Positions 27,801 through 42,000 of a DNA stretch of 64,000 nucleotides are shown one piece after another (the stretch's first letter is position 1; each line of letters opens with the position of its first letter). The stretch covers positions 2,232,001 to 2,296,000 of the forward strand of contig OZ059899.1 of assembly GCA_964057225.1 (NCBI GenBank), written 5' to 3'. The DNA comes from Auanema rhodensis. Lineage: Eukaryota > Animalia > Nematoda. The position numbers and the translations under genes were made by a program. The notes below the pieces were generated by a model. That model saw only the letters and a program-made list of their open reading frames with translations, made no database searches and was not told the origin of the DNA.

Positions 27801-30535
27801 GGAAGCAATGTTGAGTGTACATGGAAACTCAACATACACTAATGCATCATTTTTCAAACGATCATAACTAATTTTTGTATTAAGCGTTTCTCAATGTAGT
27901 ATAGTGCATTCGATGCGGATTTTTAAGCTGCGTCGATCTGTGTTATCAGATTTGCGCTAGCTTAAAAATGCACCGAGATATCAACTGATATAAGTTCACA
28001 CTTATATCCTCGATTTTCACCCTGAAGAATTGATTTTTTCGTTGAATAACATTGTCTATCGTCTTTGCCTTGAAAAATGGAATCTAAAAACATCTACTTT
28101 TTGCTAAATTATCTTGAAATTTTTCGAAAAAATTTTTGTCAAAATGTTTTTGGAAGCAATGTTGAGTGTACATGGAAACTCAACATTCACTAATGCATCA
28201 TTTTTCAAACGATCATAACTAATTTTTGTATTAAGCTTTTCTCAATGTAGTATAGTGCATTCGATGCGGATTTTTAAGCTGCGTCGATCTGTGTTATCAG
28301 ATTTGCGCTAGCTTAAAAGTGCACCGAGATATCAACTGATATAAGTTCACACTTATATCCTCGATTTTCACCCTGAAGAATTAATTTTTTCGTTGAATAA
28401 CATTGTCTATCGTCTTTGCCTTGAAAAATGGAATTTAAAAACATCTACTTTTTGCTAAATTATTTTGAAATTTTTCGAAAAAATTTTTGTCAAAATGTTT
28501 TTGGAAGCAATGTTGAGTGTACATGGAAACTCAACATACACTAGTGCATCATTTTTCAAACGATCATAACTAATTTTTGTATTAAGCTTTTCTCAATGTA
28601 GTATAGTGCATTCGATGCGGATTTTTAAGCTGCGTCGATCTGTGTTATCAGATTTGCGCTAGCTTAAAAATGCACCGAGATATCAACTGATATAAGTTCA
28701 CACTCATATCCTCGATTTTCACCCTGAAGAATTGATTTTTTCGTTGAATAACATTGTCTATCGTCTTTGCCTTGAAAAATGGAATCTAAAAACATCTACT
28801 TTTTGCTAAATTATTTTGAAATTTTTCGAAAAAATTTTTGTCAAAATGTTTTTGGAAGCAATGTTGAGTGTACATGGAAACTCAACATACACTAATGCAT
28901 CATTTTTCAAACGATCATAACTAATTTTTGTATCAAGCGTTTCTCGATGTAGTATAGTGCATTCGATGCGGATTTTTAAGCTGCGTCGATCTGTGTTATC
29001 AGATTTGCGCTAGCTTAAAAATGCACCGAGATATCAAGTGATATAAGTTCACACTTATATCCTCGATTTTCACCCTGAAGAATTAATTTTTTCGTTGAAT
29101 AACATTGTCTATCGTCTTTGCCTTGAAAAATGGAATCTAAAAACATCTACTTTTTGCTAAATTATTTTGAAATTTTTCGAAAAAATTTTTGTCAAAATGT
29201 TTTTGGAAGCAATGTTGAGTGTACATGGAAACTCAACATACACTAATGCATCATTTTTCAAACGATCATAACTAATTTTTGTATTAAGCTTTTCTCAATG
29301 TAGTATAGTGCATTCGATGCGGATTTTTAAGCTGCGTCGATCTGTGTTATCAGATTTGCGCTAGCTTAAAAGTGCACCGAGATATCAACTGATATAAGTT
29401 CACACTTATATCCTCGATTTTCACCCTGAAGAATTAATTTTTTCGTTGAATAACATTGTCTATCGTCTTTGCCTTGAAAAATGGAATTTAAAAACATCTA
29501 CTTTTTGCTAAATTATTTTGAAATTTTTCGAAAAAATTTTTGTCAAAATGTTTTTGGAAGCAATGTTGAGTGTACATGGAAACTCAACATACACTAGTGC
29601 ATCATTTTTCAAACGATCATAACTAATTTTTGTATTAAGCTTTTCTCAATGTAGTATAGTGCATTCGATGCGGATTTTTAAGCTGCGTCGATCTGTGTTA
29701 TCAGATTTGCGCTAGCTTAAAAATGCACCGAGATATCAACTGATATAAGTTCACACTTATATCCTCGATTTTCACCCTGAAGAATTGATTTTTTCGTTGA
29801 ATAACATTGTCTATCGTCTTTGCCTTGAAAAATGGAATCTAAAAACATCTACTTTTTGCTAAATTATTTTGAAATTTTTCGAAAAAATTTTTGTCAAAAT
29901 GTTTTTGGAAGCAATGTTGAGTGTACATGGAAACTCAACATACACTAATGCATCATTTTTCAAACAATCATAACTAATTTGTGTATTAAGCGTTTCTTAA
30001 TGTAGTATAGTGCATTCGATGCGGATTTTTAAGCTGCGTCGATCTGTGTTATCAGATTTGCGCTAGCTTAAAAATGCACCGAGATATCAACTGATATAAG
30101 TTCACACTTATATCCTCGATTTTCACCCTGAAGAATTGATTTTTTCGTTGAATAACATTGTCTATCGTCTTTGCCTTGAAAAATGGAATCTAAAAACATT
30201 TACTTTTTGCTAAATTATTTTGAAATTTTTCGAAAAAATTTTTGTCAAAATGTTTTTGGAAGCAATGTTGAGTGTACATGGAAACTCAACATACACTAAT
30301 GCATCATTTTTCAAACGATCATAACTAATTTTTGTATTAAGCTTTTCTCAATGTAGTATAGTGCATTCGATGCGGATTTTTAAGCTGCGTCGATCTGTGT
30401 TATCAGATTTGCGCTAGCTTAAAAATGCACCGAGATATCAACTGATATAAGTTCACACTTATATCCTCGATTTTCACCCTGAAGAATTAATTTTTTCGTT
30501 GAATAACATTGTCTATCGTCTTTGCCTTGAAAAAT

Positions 30536-30593
30536 GGAATTTAAAAACATCTACTTTTTGCTAGCATTGTCCATCGTCTTTGCCTTGAAAAAA
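30536..30593 (+). repeat. Truncated 58-bp monomer (293-bp internal deletion)
   Basis: Monomer positions 1-28 (...CTTTTTGCTA) are joined directly to positions 322-351 (GCATTGTCC...). Confidence 0.95.
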
Positions 30594-30899
30594 GGAATCT
30601 AAAAACATCTACTTTTTGCTAAATTATTTTGAAATTTTTCGAAAAAATTTTTGTCAAAATGTTTTTGGAAGCAATGTTGAGTGCACATGGAAACTCAACA
30701 TACACTAATGCATCATTTTTCAAACAATCATAACTAATTTGTGTATTAAGCGTTTCTTAATGTAGTATAGTGCATTCGATGCGGATTTTTAAGCTGCGTC
30801 GATCTGTGTTATCAGATTTGCGCTAGCTTAAAAATGCACCGAGATATCAACTGATATAAGTTCACACTTATATCCTCGATTTTCACCCTGAAGAATTGA

Positions 30900-33000
30900 T
30901 TTTTTCGTTGAATAACATTGTCTATCGTATTTGCCTTGAGAAATGGAATCTAAAAACATCTACTTTTTGCTAAATTATTTTGAAATTTTTCGAAAAAATT
31001 TTTGTCAAAATGTTTTTGGAAGCAATGTTGAGTGTACATGGAAACTCAACATACACTAATGCATCATTTTTCAAACAATCATAACTAATTTGTGTATTAA
31101 GCGTTTCTCAATGTAGTATAGTGCATTCGATGCGGATTTTTAAGCTGCGTCGATCTGTGTTATCAGATTTGCGCTAGCTTAAAAATGCACCGAGATATCA
31201 ACTGATATAAGTTCACACTTATATCCTCGATTTTCACCCTGAAGAATTAATTTTTTCGTTGAATAACATTGTCTATCGTCTTTGCCTTGAAAAATGGAAT
31301 CTAAAAACATCTACTTTTTGCTAAATTATTTTGAAATTTTTCGAAAAAATTTTTGTCAAAATGTTTTTGGAAGCAATGTTGAGTGTACATGGAAACTCAA
31401 CATACACTAATGCATCATTTTTCAAACGATCATAACTAATTTTTGTATTAAGTTTTTCTCAATGTAGTATAGTGCATTCGATGCGGATTTTTAAGCTGCG
31501 TCGATCTGTGTTATCAGATTTGCGCTAGCTTAAAAATGCACCGAGATATCAACTGATATAAGTTCACACTTATATCCTCGATTTTCACCCTGAAGAATTA
31601 ATTTTTTCGTTGAATAACATTATCCATCGTCTTTGCCTTGACAAATGAAATCTAAAAACATCTACTTTTTGCTAAATTATTTTGAAATTTTTCGAAAAAC
31701 TTTTGTCAAAATGTTTTTGGAAGCAATGTTGAGTGTACATGGAAACTCAACATACACTAATGCATCATTTTTCAAACGATCATAACTAATTTTTGTATCA
31801 AGCGTTTCTTAATGTAGTATAGTGCATTCGATGCGGATTTTTAAGCTGCGTCGATCTGTGTTATCAGATTTGCGCTAGCTTAAAAATGCACCGAGATATC
31901 AACTGATATAAGTTCACACTTATATCCTCGATTTTCACCCTGAAGAATTGATTTTTTCGTTGAATAACATTGTCTATCGTATTTGCCTTGAGAAATGGAA
32001 TCTAAAAACATCTACTTTTTGCTAAATTATTTTGAAATTTTTCGAAAAAATTTTTGTCAAAATGTTTTTGGAAGCAATGTTGAGTGTACATGGAAACTCA
32101 ACATACACTAATGCATCATTTTTCAAACAATCATAACTAATTTGTGTATTAAGCGTTTCTCAATGTAGTATAGTGCATTCGATGCGGATTTTTAAGCTGC
32201 GTCGATCTGTGTTATCAGATTTGCGCTAGCTTAAAAATGCACCGAGATATCAACTGATATAAGTTCACACTTATATCCTCGATTTTCACCCTGAAGAATT
32301 AATTTTTTCGTTGAATAACATTGTCTATCGTCTTTGCCTTGAAAAATGGAATCTAAAAACATCTACTTTTTGCTAAATTATTTTGAAATTTTTCGAAAAA
32401 ATTTTTGTCAAAATGTTTTTGGAAGCAATGTTGAGTGTACATGGAAACTCAACATACACTAATGCATCATTTTTCAAACGATCATAACTAATTTTTGTAT
32501 TAAGTTTTTCTCAATGTAGTATAGTGCATTCGATGCGGATTTTTAAGCTGCGTCGATCTGTGTTATCAGATTTGCGCTAGCTTAAAAATGCACCGAGATA
32601 TCAACTGATATAAGTTCACACTTATATCCTCGATTTTCACCCTGAAGAATTAATTTTTTCGTTGAATAACATTATCCATCGTCTTTGCCTTGACAAATGA
32701 AATCTAAAAACATCTACTTTTTGCTAAATTATTTTGAAATTTTTCGAAAAACTTTTGTCAAAATGTTTTTGGAAGCAATGTTGAGTGTACATGGAAACTC
32801 AACATACACTAATGCATCATTTTTCAAACGATCATAACTAATTTTTGTATCAAGCGTTTCTCAATGTAGTATAGTGCATTCGATGCGGATTTTTAAGCTG
32901 CGTCGATCTGTGTTATCAGATTTGCGCTAACTTAAAAATGCACCGAGATATCAACTGATATAAGTTCACACTTATATCCTCGATTTTCACCCTGAACAAT
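30900..33000 (+). repeat. Tandem 3-monomer (1052-bp) higher-order duplication; ends approximate
   Basis: CGTATTTGCCTTGAG at about 30929/31981, TAAGTTTTTC at about 31453/32505, CTTGACAAATGAAA at about 31642/32694, and a shared 1-bp deletion at about 31700/32752. Confidence 0.88.
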
Positions 33001-36000
33001 TAATTTTTTCGTTGAATAACATTGTCCATCGTCTTTGCCTTGAAAAATGGAATCTAAAAACATCTACTTTTTGCTAAATTATTTTGAAATTTTTCGAAAA
33101 AATTTTTGTCAAAATGTTTTTGGAAGCAATGTTGAGTGTACATGGAAACTCAACATACACTAATGCATCATTTTTCAAACAATCATAACTAATTTTTGTA
33201 TTAAGCTTTTCTCAATGTAGTATAGTGCATTCGATGCGGATTTTTAAGCTGCGTCGATCTGTGTTATCAGATTTGCGCTAGCTTAAAAGTGCACCGAGAT
33301 ATCAACTGATATAAGTTCACACTTATATCCTCGATTTTCACCCTGAACAATTAATTTTTTCGTTGAATAACATTATCCATCGTCTTTGCCTTGAAAAATG
33401 GAATCTAAAAACATCTACTTTTTGCTAAATTATTTTGAAATTTTTCGAAAAAATTTTTGTCAAAATGTTTTTGGAAGCAATGTTGAGTGTACATGGAAAC
33501 TCAACATACACTAATGCATCATTTTTCAAACGATCATAACTAATTTTTGTATCAAGCGTTTCTCAATGTAGTATAGTGCATTCGATGCGGATTTTTAAGC
33601 TGCGTCGATCTGTGTTATCAGATTTGCGCTAACTTAAAAATGCACCGAGATATCAACTGATATAAGTTCACACTTATATCCTCGATTTTCACCCTGAACA
33701 ATTAATTTTTTCGTTGAATAACATTGTCTATCGTCTTTGCCTTGAAAAATGGAATCTAAAAACATCTACTTTTTGCTAAATTATTTTGAAATTTTTCGAA
33801 AAAATTTTTGTCAAAATGTTTTTGGAAGCAATGTTGAGTGTACATGGAAACTCAACATACACTAATGCATCATTTTTCAAACAATCATAACTAATTTGTG
33901 TATTAAGCGTTTCTCAATGTAGTATAGTGCATTCGATGCGGATTTTTAAGCTGCGTCGATCTGTGTTATCAGATTTGCGCTAACTTAAAAATGCACCGAG
34001 ATATCAACTGATATAAGTTCACACTTATATCCTCGATTTTCACCCTGAACAATTAATTTTTTCGTTGAATAACATTGTCCATCGTCTTTGCCTTGAAAAA
34101 TGGAATCTAAAAACATCTACTTTTTGCTAAATTATTTTGAAATTTTTCGAAAAAATTTTTGTCAAAATGTTTTTGGAAGCAATGTTGAGTGTACATGGAA
34201 ACTCAACATACACTAATGCATCATTTTTCAAACAATCATAACTAATTTTTGTATTAAGCTTTTCTCAATGTAGTATAGTGCATTCGATGCGGATTTTTAA
34301 GCTGCGTCGATCTGTGTTATCAGATTTGCGCTAGCTTAAAAGTGCACCGAGATATCAACTGATATAAGTTCACACTTATATCCTCGATTTTCACCCTGAA
34401 CAATTAATTTTTTCGTTGAATAACATTATCCATCGTCTTTGCCTTGAAAAATGGAATCTAAAAACATCTACTTTTTGCTAAATTATTTTGAAATTTTTCG
34501 AAAAAATTTTTGTCAAAATGTTTTTGGAAGCAATGTTGAGTGTACATGGAAACTCAACATACACTAATGCATCATTTTTCAAACGATCATAACTAATTTT
34601 TGTATCAAGCGTTTCTCGATGTAGTATAGTGCATTCGATGCGGATTTTTAAGCTGCGTCGATCTGTGTTATCAGATTTGCGCTAGCTTAAAAATGCACCG
34701 AGATATCAACTGATATAAGTTCACACTTATATCTTCGATTTTCACCCTGAAGAATTGATTTTTTCGTTGAATAGCATTGTCCATCGTCTTTGCCTTAAAA
34801 AAAGGAATCTAAAAACATCTACTTTTTGCTAAATTATTTTGAAATTTTTCGAAAAAATTTTTGTCAAAATGTTTTTGGAAGCAATGTTGAGTGCACATGG
34901 AAACTCAACATACACTAATGCATCATTTTTCAAACGATCATAACTAATTTTTGTATCAAGCGTTTCTCGATGTAGTATAGTGCATTCGATGCGGATTTTT
35001 AAGCTGCGTCGATCTGTGTTATCAGATTTGCGCTAGCTTAAAAATGCACCGAGATATCAACTGATATAAGTTCACACTTATATCCTCGATTTTCACCCTG
35101 AAGAATTAATTTTTTCGTTGAATAACATTGTCTATCGTCTTTGCCTTGAAAAATGGAATCTAAAAACATTTACTTTTTGCTAAATTATTTTGAAATTTTT
35201 CGAAAAAATTTTTGTCAAAATGTTTTTGGAAGCAATGTTGAGTGTACATGGAAACTCAACATACACTAATGCATCATTTTTCAAACAATCATAACTAATT
35301 TTTGTATTAAGCGTTTCTCGATGTAGTATAGTGCATTCGATGCGGATTTTTAAGCTGCGTCGATCTGTGTTATCAGATTTGCGCTAGCTTAAAAATGCAC
35401 CGAGATATCAACTGATATAAGTTCACACTTATATCCTCGATTTTCACCCTGAACAATTAATTTTTTCGTTGAATAACATTGTCTATCGTCTTTGCCTTGA
35501 AAAATGGAATCTAAAAACATCTACTTTTTGCTAAATTATTTTGAAATTTTTCGAAAAAATTTTTGTCAAAATGTTTTTGGAAGCAATGTTGAGTGTACAT
35601 GGAAACTCAACATACACTAATGCATCATTTTTCAAACAATCATAACTAATTTGTGTATTAAGCGTTTCTTAATGTAGTATAGTGCATTCGATGCGGATTT
35701 TTAAGCTGCGTCGATCTGTGTTATCAGATTTGCGCTAGCTTAAAAATGCACCGAGATATCAACTGATATAAGTTCACACTTATATCCTCGATTTTCACCC
35801 TGAAGAACTAATTTTTTCGTTGAATAACATTATCCATCGTCTTTGCCTTGAAAAATGGAATCTAAAAACATCTACTTTTTGCTAAATTATTTTGAAATTT
35901 TTCGAAAAAATTTTTGTCAAAATGTTTTTGGAAGCAATGTTGAGTGTACATGGAAACTAAACATACACTAATGCATCATTTTTCAAACGATCATAACTAA

Positions 36001-39000
36001 TTTTTGTATCAAGCGTTTCTCAATGTAGTATAGTGCATTCGATGCGGATTTTTAAGCTGCGTCGATCTGTGTTATCAGATTTGCGCTAACTTAAAAATGC
36101 ACCGAGATATCAACTGATATAAGTTCACACTTATATCCTCGATTTTCACCCTGAAGAATTAATTTTTTCGTTGAATAACATTATCCATCGTCTTTGCCTT
36201 GAAAAATGGAATCTAAAAACATCTACTTTTTGCTAAATTATTTTGAAATTTTTCGAAAAAATTTTTGTCAAAATGTTTTTCGAAGCAATGTTGAGTGTAC
36301 ATGGAAACTCAACATACACTAATGCATCATTTTTAAAACGATCATAACTAATTTTTGTATCAAGCGTTTCTCAATGTAGTATAGTGCATTCGATGCGGAT
36401 TTTTAAGCTGCGTCGATCTGTGTTATCAGATTTGCGCTAACTTAAAAATGCACCGAGATATCAACTGATATAAGTTCACACTTATATCCTCGATTTTCAC
36501 CCTGAACAATTAATTTTTTCGTTGAATAACATTGTCCATCGTCTTTGCCTTAAAAAATAGAATCTAAAAACATCTACTTTTTGCTAAATTATTTTGAAAT
36601 TTTTCGAAAAAATTTTTGTCAAAATGTTTTTGGAAGCAATGTTGAGTGTACATGGAAACTCAACATACACTAATGCATCATTTTTCAAAAGATCATAACT
36701 AATTTTTGTATCAAGCGTTTCTCAATGTAGTATGGTGCATTCGATGCGGATTTTTAAGCTGCGTCGATCTGTGTTATCAGATTTGCGCTAGCTTAAAAAT
36801 GCACCGAGATATCAACTGATATAAGTTCACACTTATATCCTCGATTTTCACCCTGAACAATTAATTTTTTCGTTGAATAACATTGTCCATCGTCTTTGCC
36901 TTGAAAAAAGGAATCTAAAAACATCCACTTTTTGCTAAATTATTTTGAAATTTTTGGAAAAAATTTTTGTCAAAATGTTTTTGGAAGCAATGTTGAGTGT
37001 ACATGGAAACTCAACATACACTAATGCATCATTTTTCAAACGATCATAACTAATTTTTGTATTAAGCGTTTCTCAATGTAGTATAGTGCATTCGATGCGG
37101 ATTTTTAAGCTGCGTCGATCTGTGTTATCAGATTTGCGCTAGCTTAAAAATGCACCGAGATATCAACTGATATAAGTTCACACTTATTTCCTCGATTTTC
37201 ACCCTGAAGAATTATTTTTTTCGTTGAATAACATTGTCCATCGTCTTTGCCTTGAAAAATGGAATCTAAAAACAACTACTTTTTGCTAAATTATTTTGAA
37301 ATTTTTCGAAAAAATTTTTGTCAAAATGTTTTTGGAAGCAATGTTGAGTGTACATGGAAACTCAACATACACTAATGCATCATTTTTCAAACGATCATAA
37401 CTAATTTTTGTATCAAACGTTTCTCAATGTAGTATAGTGCATTCGATGCGGATTTTTAAGCTGCGTCGATCTGTGTTATCAGATTTGCGCTAGCTTAAAA
37501 ATGCACCGAGATATCAACTGATATAAGTTCACACTTATATCCTCGATTTTCACCCTGAACAATTAATTTTTTCGTTGAATAGCATTGTCCATCGTCTTTG
37601 CCTTGAAAAAAGGAATCTAAAAACATCTACTTTTTGCTAAATTATTTTGAAATTTTTCGAAAAAATTTTTGTCAAAATGTTTTTGGAAGCAATGTTGAGT
37701 GCACATGGAAACTCAACATACACTAATGCATCATTTTTCAAACGATCATAACTAATTTTTGTATCAAGCGTTTCTCGATGTAGTATAGTGCATTCGATGC
37801 GGATTTTTAAGCTGCGTCGATCTGTGTTATCAGATTTGCGCTAGCTTAAAAATGCACCGAGATATCAACTGATATAAGTTCACACTTATATCCTCGATTT
37901 TCACCCTGAAGAATTAATTTTTTCGTTGAAAAACATTGTCTATCGTCTTTGCCTTGAAAAATGGAATCTAAAAACATTTACTTTTTGCTAAATTATTTTG
38001 AAATTTTTCGAAAAAATTTTTGTCAAAATGTTTTTGGAAGCAATGTTGAGTGTACATGGAAACTCAACATACACTAATGCATCATTTTTCAAACGATCAT
38101 AACTAATTTTTTTATCAAGCGTTTCTCGATGTAGTATAGTGCATTCGATGCGGATTTTTAAGCTGCGTCGATCTGTGTTATCAGATTTGCGCTAGCTTAA
38201 AAATGCACCGAGATATCAACTGATATAAGTTCACACTTATATCCTCGATTTTCACCCTGAACAATTAATTTTTTCGTTGAATAACATTGTCCATCGTCTT
38301 TGCCTTGAAAAATAGAATCTAAAAACATCTACTTTTTGCTAAATTATTTTGAAATTTTTCGAAAAAATTTTTGTCAAAATGTTTTTGGAAGCAATGTTGA
38401 GTGTACATGGAAACTCAACATACACTAATGCATCATTTTTCAAACGATCATAACTAATTTTTGTATCAAACGTTTCTCAATGTAGTATAAAGCATTCGAT
38501 GCGGATTTTTAAGCTGCGTCGATCTGTGTTATCAGATTTGCGCTAGCTTAAAAATGCACCGAGATATCAACTGATATAAGTTCACACTTATATCCTCGAT
38601 TTTCACCCTGAACAATTAATTTTTTCGTTGAATAACATTGTCCATCGTCTTTGCCTTGAAAAAAGGAATCTAAAAACATCCACTTTTTGCTAAATTATTT
38701 TGAAATTTTTGGAAAAAATTTTTGTCAAAATGTTTTTGGAAGCAATGTTGAGTGTACATGGAAACTCAACATACACTAATGCATCATTTTTCAAACGATC
38801 ATAACTAATTTTTGTATTAAGCGTTTCTCAATGTAGTATAGTGCATTCGATGCGGATTTTTAAGCTGCGTCGATCTGTGTTATCAGATTTGCGCTAGCTT
38901 AAAAATGCACCGAGATATCAACTGATATAAGTTCACACTTATATCCTCGATTTTCACCCTGAAGAATTAATTTTTTCGTTGAATAGCATTGTCCATCGTC

Positions 39001-42000
39001 TTTGCCTTGAAAAAAGGAATCTAAAAACATCTACTTTTTGCTAAATTATTTTGAAATTTTTCGAAAAAATTTTTGTCAAAATGTTTTTGGAAGCAATGTT
39101 GAGTGTACATGGAAACTCAACATACACTAATGCATCATTTTTCAAACGATCATAACTAATTTTTGTATCAAGCGTTTCTCGATGTAGTATAGTGCATTCG
39201 ATGCGGATTTTTAAGCTGCGTCGATCTGTGTTATCAGATTTGCGCTAACTTAAAAATGCACCGAGATATCAACTGATATAAGTTCACACTTATATCCTCG
39301 ATTTTCACCCTGAACAATTAATTTTTTCGTTGAATAACATTGTCTATCGTCTTTGCCTTGAAAAATGGAATCTAAAAACATCTACTTTTTGCTAAATTAT
39401 TTTGAAATTTTTCGAAAAAATTTTTGTCAAAATGTTTTTGGAAGCAATGTTGAGTGTACATGGAAACTCAACATACACTAATGCATCATTTTTCAAACAA
39501 TCATAACTAATTTGTGTATTAAGCGTTTCTTAATGTAGTATAGTGCATTCGATGCGGATTTTTAAGCTGCGTCGATCTGTGTTATCAGATTTGCGCTAGC
39601 TTAAAAATGCACCGAGATATCAACTGATATAAGTTCACACTTATATCTTCGATTTTCACCCTGAACAATTAATTTTTTCGTTGAATAACATTGTCTATCG
39701 TCTTTGCCTTGAAAAATGGAATCTAAAAACATCTACTTTTTGCTAAATTATTTTGAAATTTTTCGAAAAAATTTTTGTCAAAATGTTTTTGGAAGCAATG
39801 TTGAGTGTACATGGAAACTCAACATACACTAATGCATCATTTTTCAAACAATCATAACTAATTTGTGTATTAAGCGTTTCTTAATGTAGTATAGTGCATT
39901 CGATGCGGATTTTTAAGCTGCGTCGATCTGTGTTATCAGATTTGCGCTAGCTTAAAAATGCACCGAGATATCAACTGATATAAGTTCACACTTATATCCT
40001 CGATTTTCACCCTGAAGAATTAATTTTTTCGTTGAATAACATTATCCATCGTCTTTGCCTTGAAAAATGGAATCTAAAAACATCTACTTTTTGCTAAATT
40101 ATTTTGAAATTTTTCGAAAAAATTTTTGTCAAAATGTTTTTGGAAGCAATGTTGAGTGTACATGGAAACTCAACATACACTAATGCATCATTTTTCAAAC
40201 GATCATAACTAATTTTTGTATCAAGCGTTTCTCAATGTAGTATAGTGCATTCGATGCGGATTTTTAAGCTGCGTCGATCTGTGTTATCAGATTTGCGCTA
40301 ACTTAAAAATGCACCGAGATATCAACTGATATAAGTTCACACTTATATCCTCGATTTTCACCCTGAAGAATTAATTTTTTCGTTGAATAACATTATCCAT
40401 CGTCTTTGCCTTGAAAAATGGAATCTAAAAACATCTACTTTTTGCTAAATTATTTTGAAATTTTTCGAAAAAATTTTTGTCAAAATGTTTTTCGAAGCAA
40501 TGTTGAGTGTACATGGAAACTCAACATACACTAATGCATCATTTTTAAAACGATCATAACTAATTTTTGTATCAAGCGTTTCTCAATGTAGTATAGTGCA
40601 TTCGATGCGGATTTTTAAGCTGCGTCGATCTGTGTTATCAGATTTGCGCTAACTTAAAAATGCACCGAGATATCAACTGATATAAGTTCACACTTATATC
40701 CTCGATTTTCACCCTGAACAATTAATTTTTTCGTTGAATAACATTGTCCATCGTCTTTGCCTTGAAAAATAGAATCTAAAAACATCTACTTTTTGCTAAA
40801 TTATTTTGAAATTTTTCGAAAAAATTTTTGTCAAAATGTTTTTGGAAGCAATGTTGAGTGTACATGGAAACTCAACATACACTAATGCATCATTTTTCAA
40901 ACGATCATAACTAATTTTTGTATCAAACGTTTCTCAATGTAGTATAAAGCATTCGATGCGGATTTTTAAGCTGCGTCGATCTGTGTTATCAGATTTGCGC
41001 TAGCTTAAAAATGCACCGAGATATCAACTGATATAAGTTCACACTTATATCCTCGATTTTCACCCTGAACAATTAATTTTTTCGTTGAATTACATTGTCC
41101 ATCGTCTTTGCCTTGAAAAAAGGAATCTAAAAACATCCACTTTTTGCTAAATTATTTTGAAATTTTTGGAAAAAATTTTTGTCAAAATGTTTTTGGAAGC
41201 AATGTTGAGTGTACATGGAAACTCAACATACACTAATGCATCATTTTTCAAACGATCATAACTAATTTTTGTATTAAGCGTTTCTCAATGTAGTATAGTG
41301 CATTCGATGCGGATTTTTAAGCTGCGTCGATCTGTGTTATCAGATTTGCGCTAGCTTAAAAATGCACCGAGATATCAACTGATATAAGTTCACACTTATA
41401 TCCTCGATTTTCACCCTGAAGAATTAATTTTTTCGTTGAATAGCATTGTCCATCGTCTTTGCCTTGAAAAAAGGAATCTAAAAACATCTACTTTTTGCTA
41501 AATTATTTTGAAATTTTTCGAAAAAATTTTTGTCAAAATGTTTTTGGAAGCAATGTTGAGTGTACATGGAAACTCAACATACACTAATGCATCATTTTTC
41601 AAACGATCATAACTAATTTTTGTATCAAGCGTTTCTCGATGTAGTATAGTGCATTCGATGCGGATTTTTAAGCTGCGTCGATCTGTGTTATCAGATTTGC
41701 GCTAGCTTAAAAATGCACCGAGATATCAACTGATATAAGTTCACACTTATATCCTCGATTTTCACCCTGAAGAATTAATTTTTTCGTTGAATAACATTAT
41801 CCATCGTCTTTGCCTTGAAAAATGGAATCTAAAAACATCTACTTTTTGCTAAATTGTTTTGAAATTTTTCGAAAAAATTTTTGTCAAAATGTTTTTGGAA
41901 GCAATGTTGAGTGTACATGGAAACTCAACATACACTAATGCATCATTTTTCAAACGATCATAACTAATTTTTGTATCAAGCGTTTCTCAATGTAGTATAG

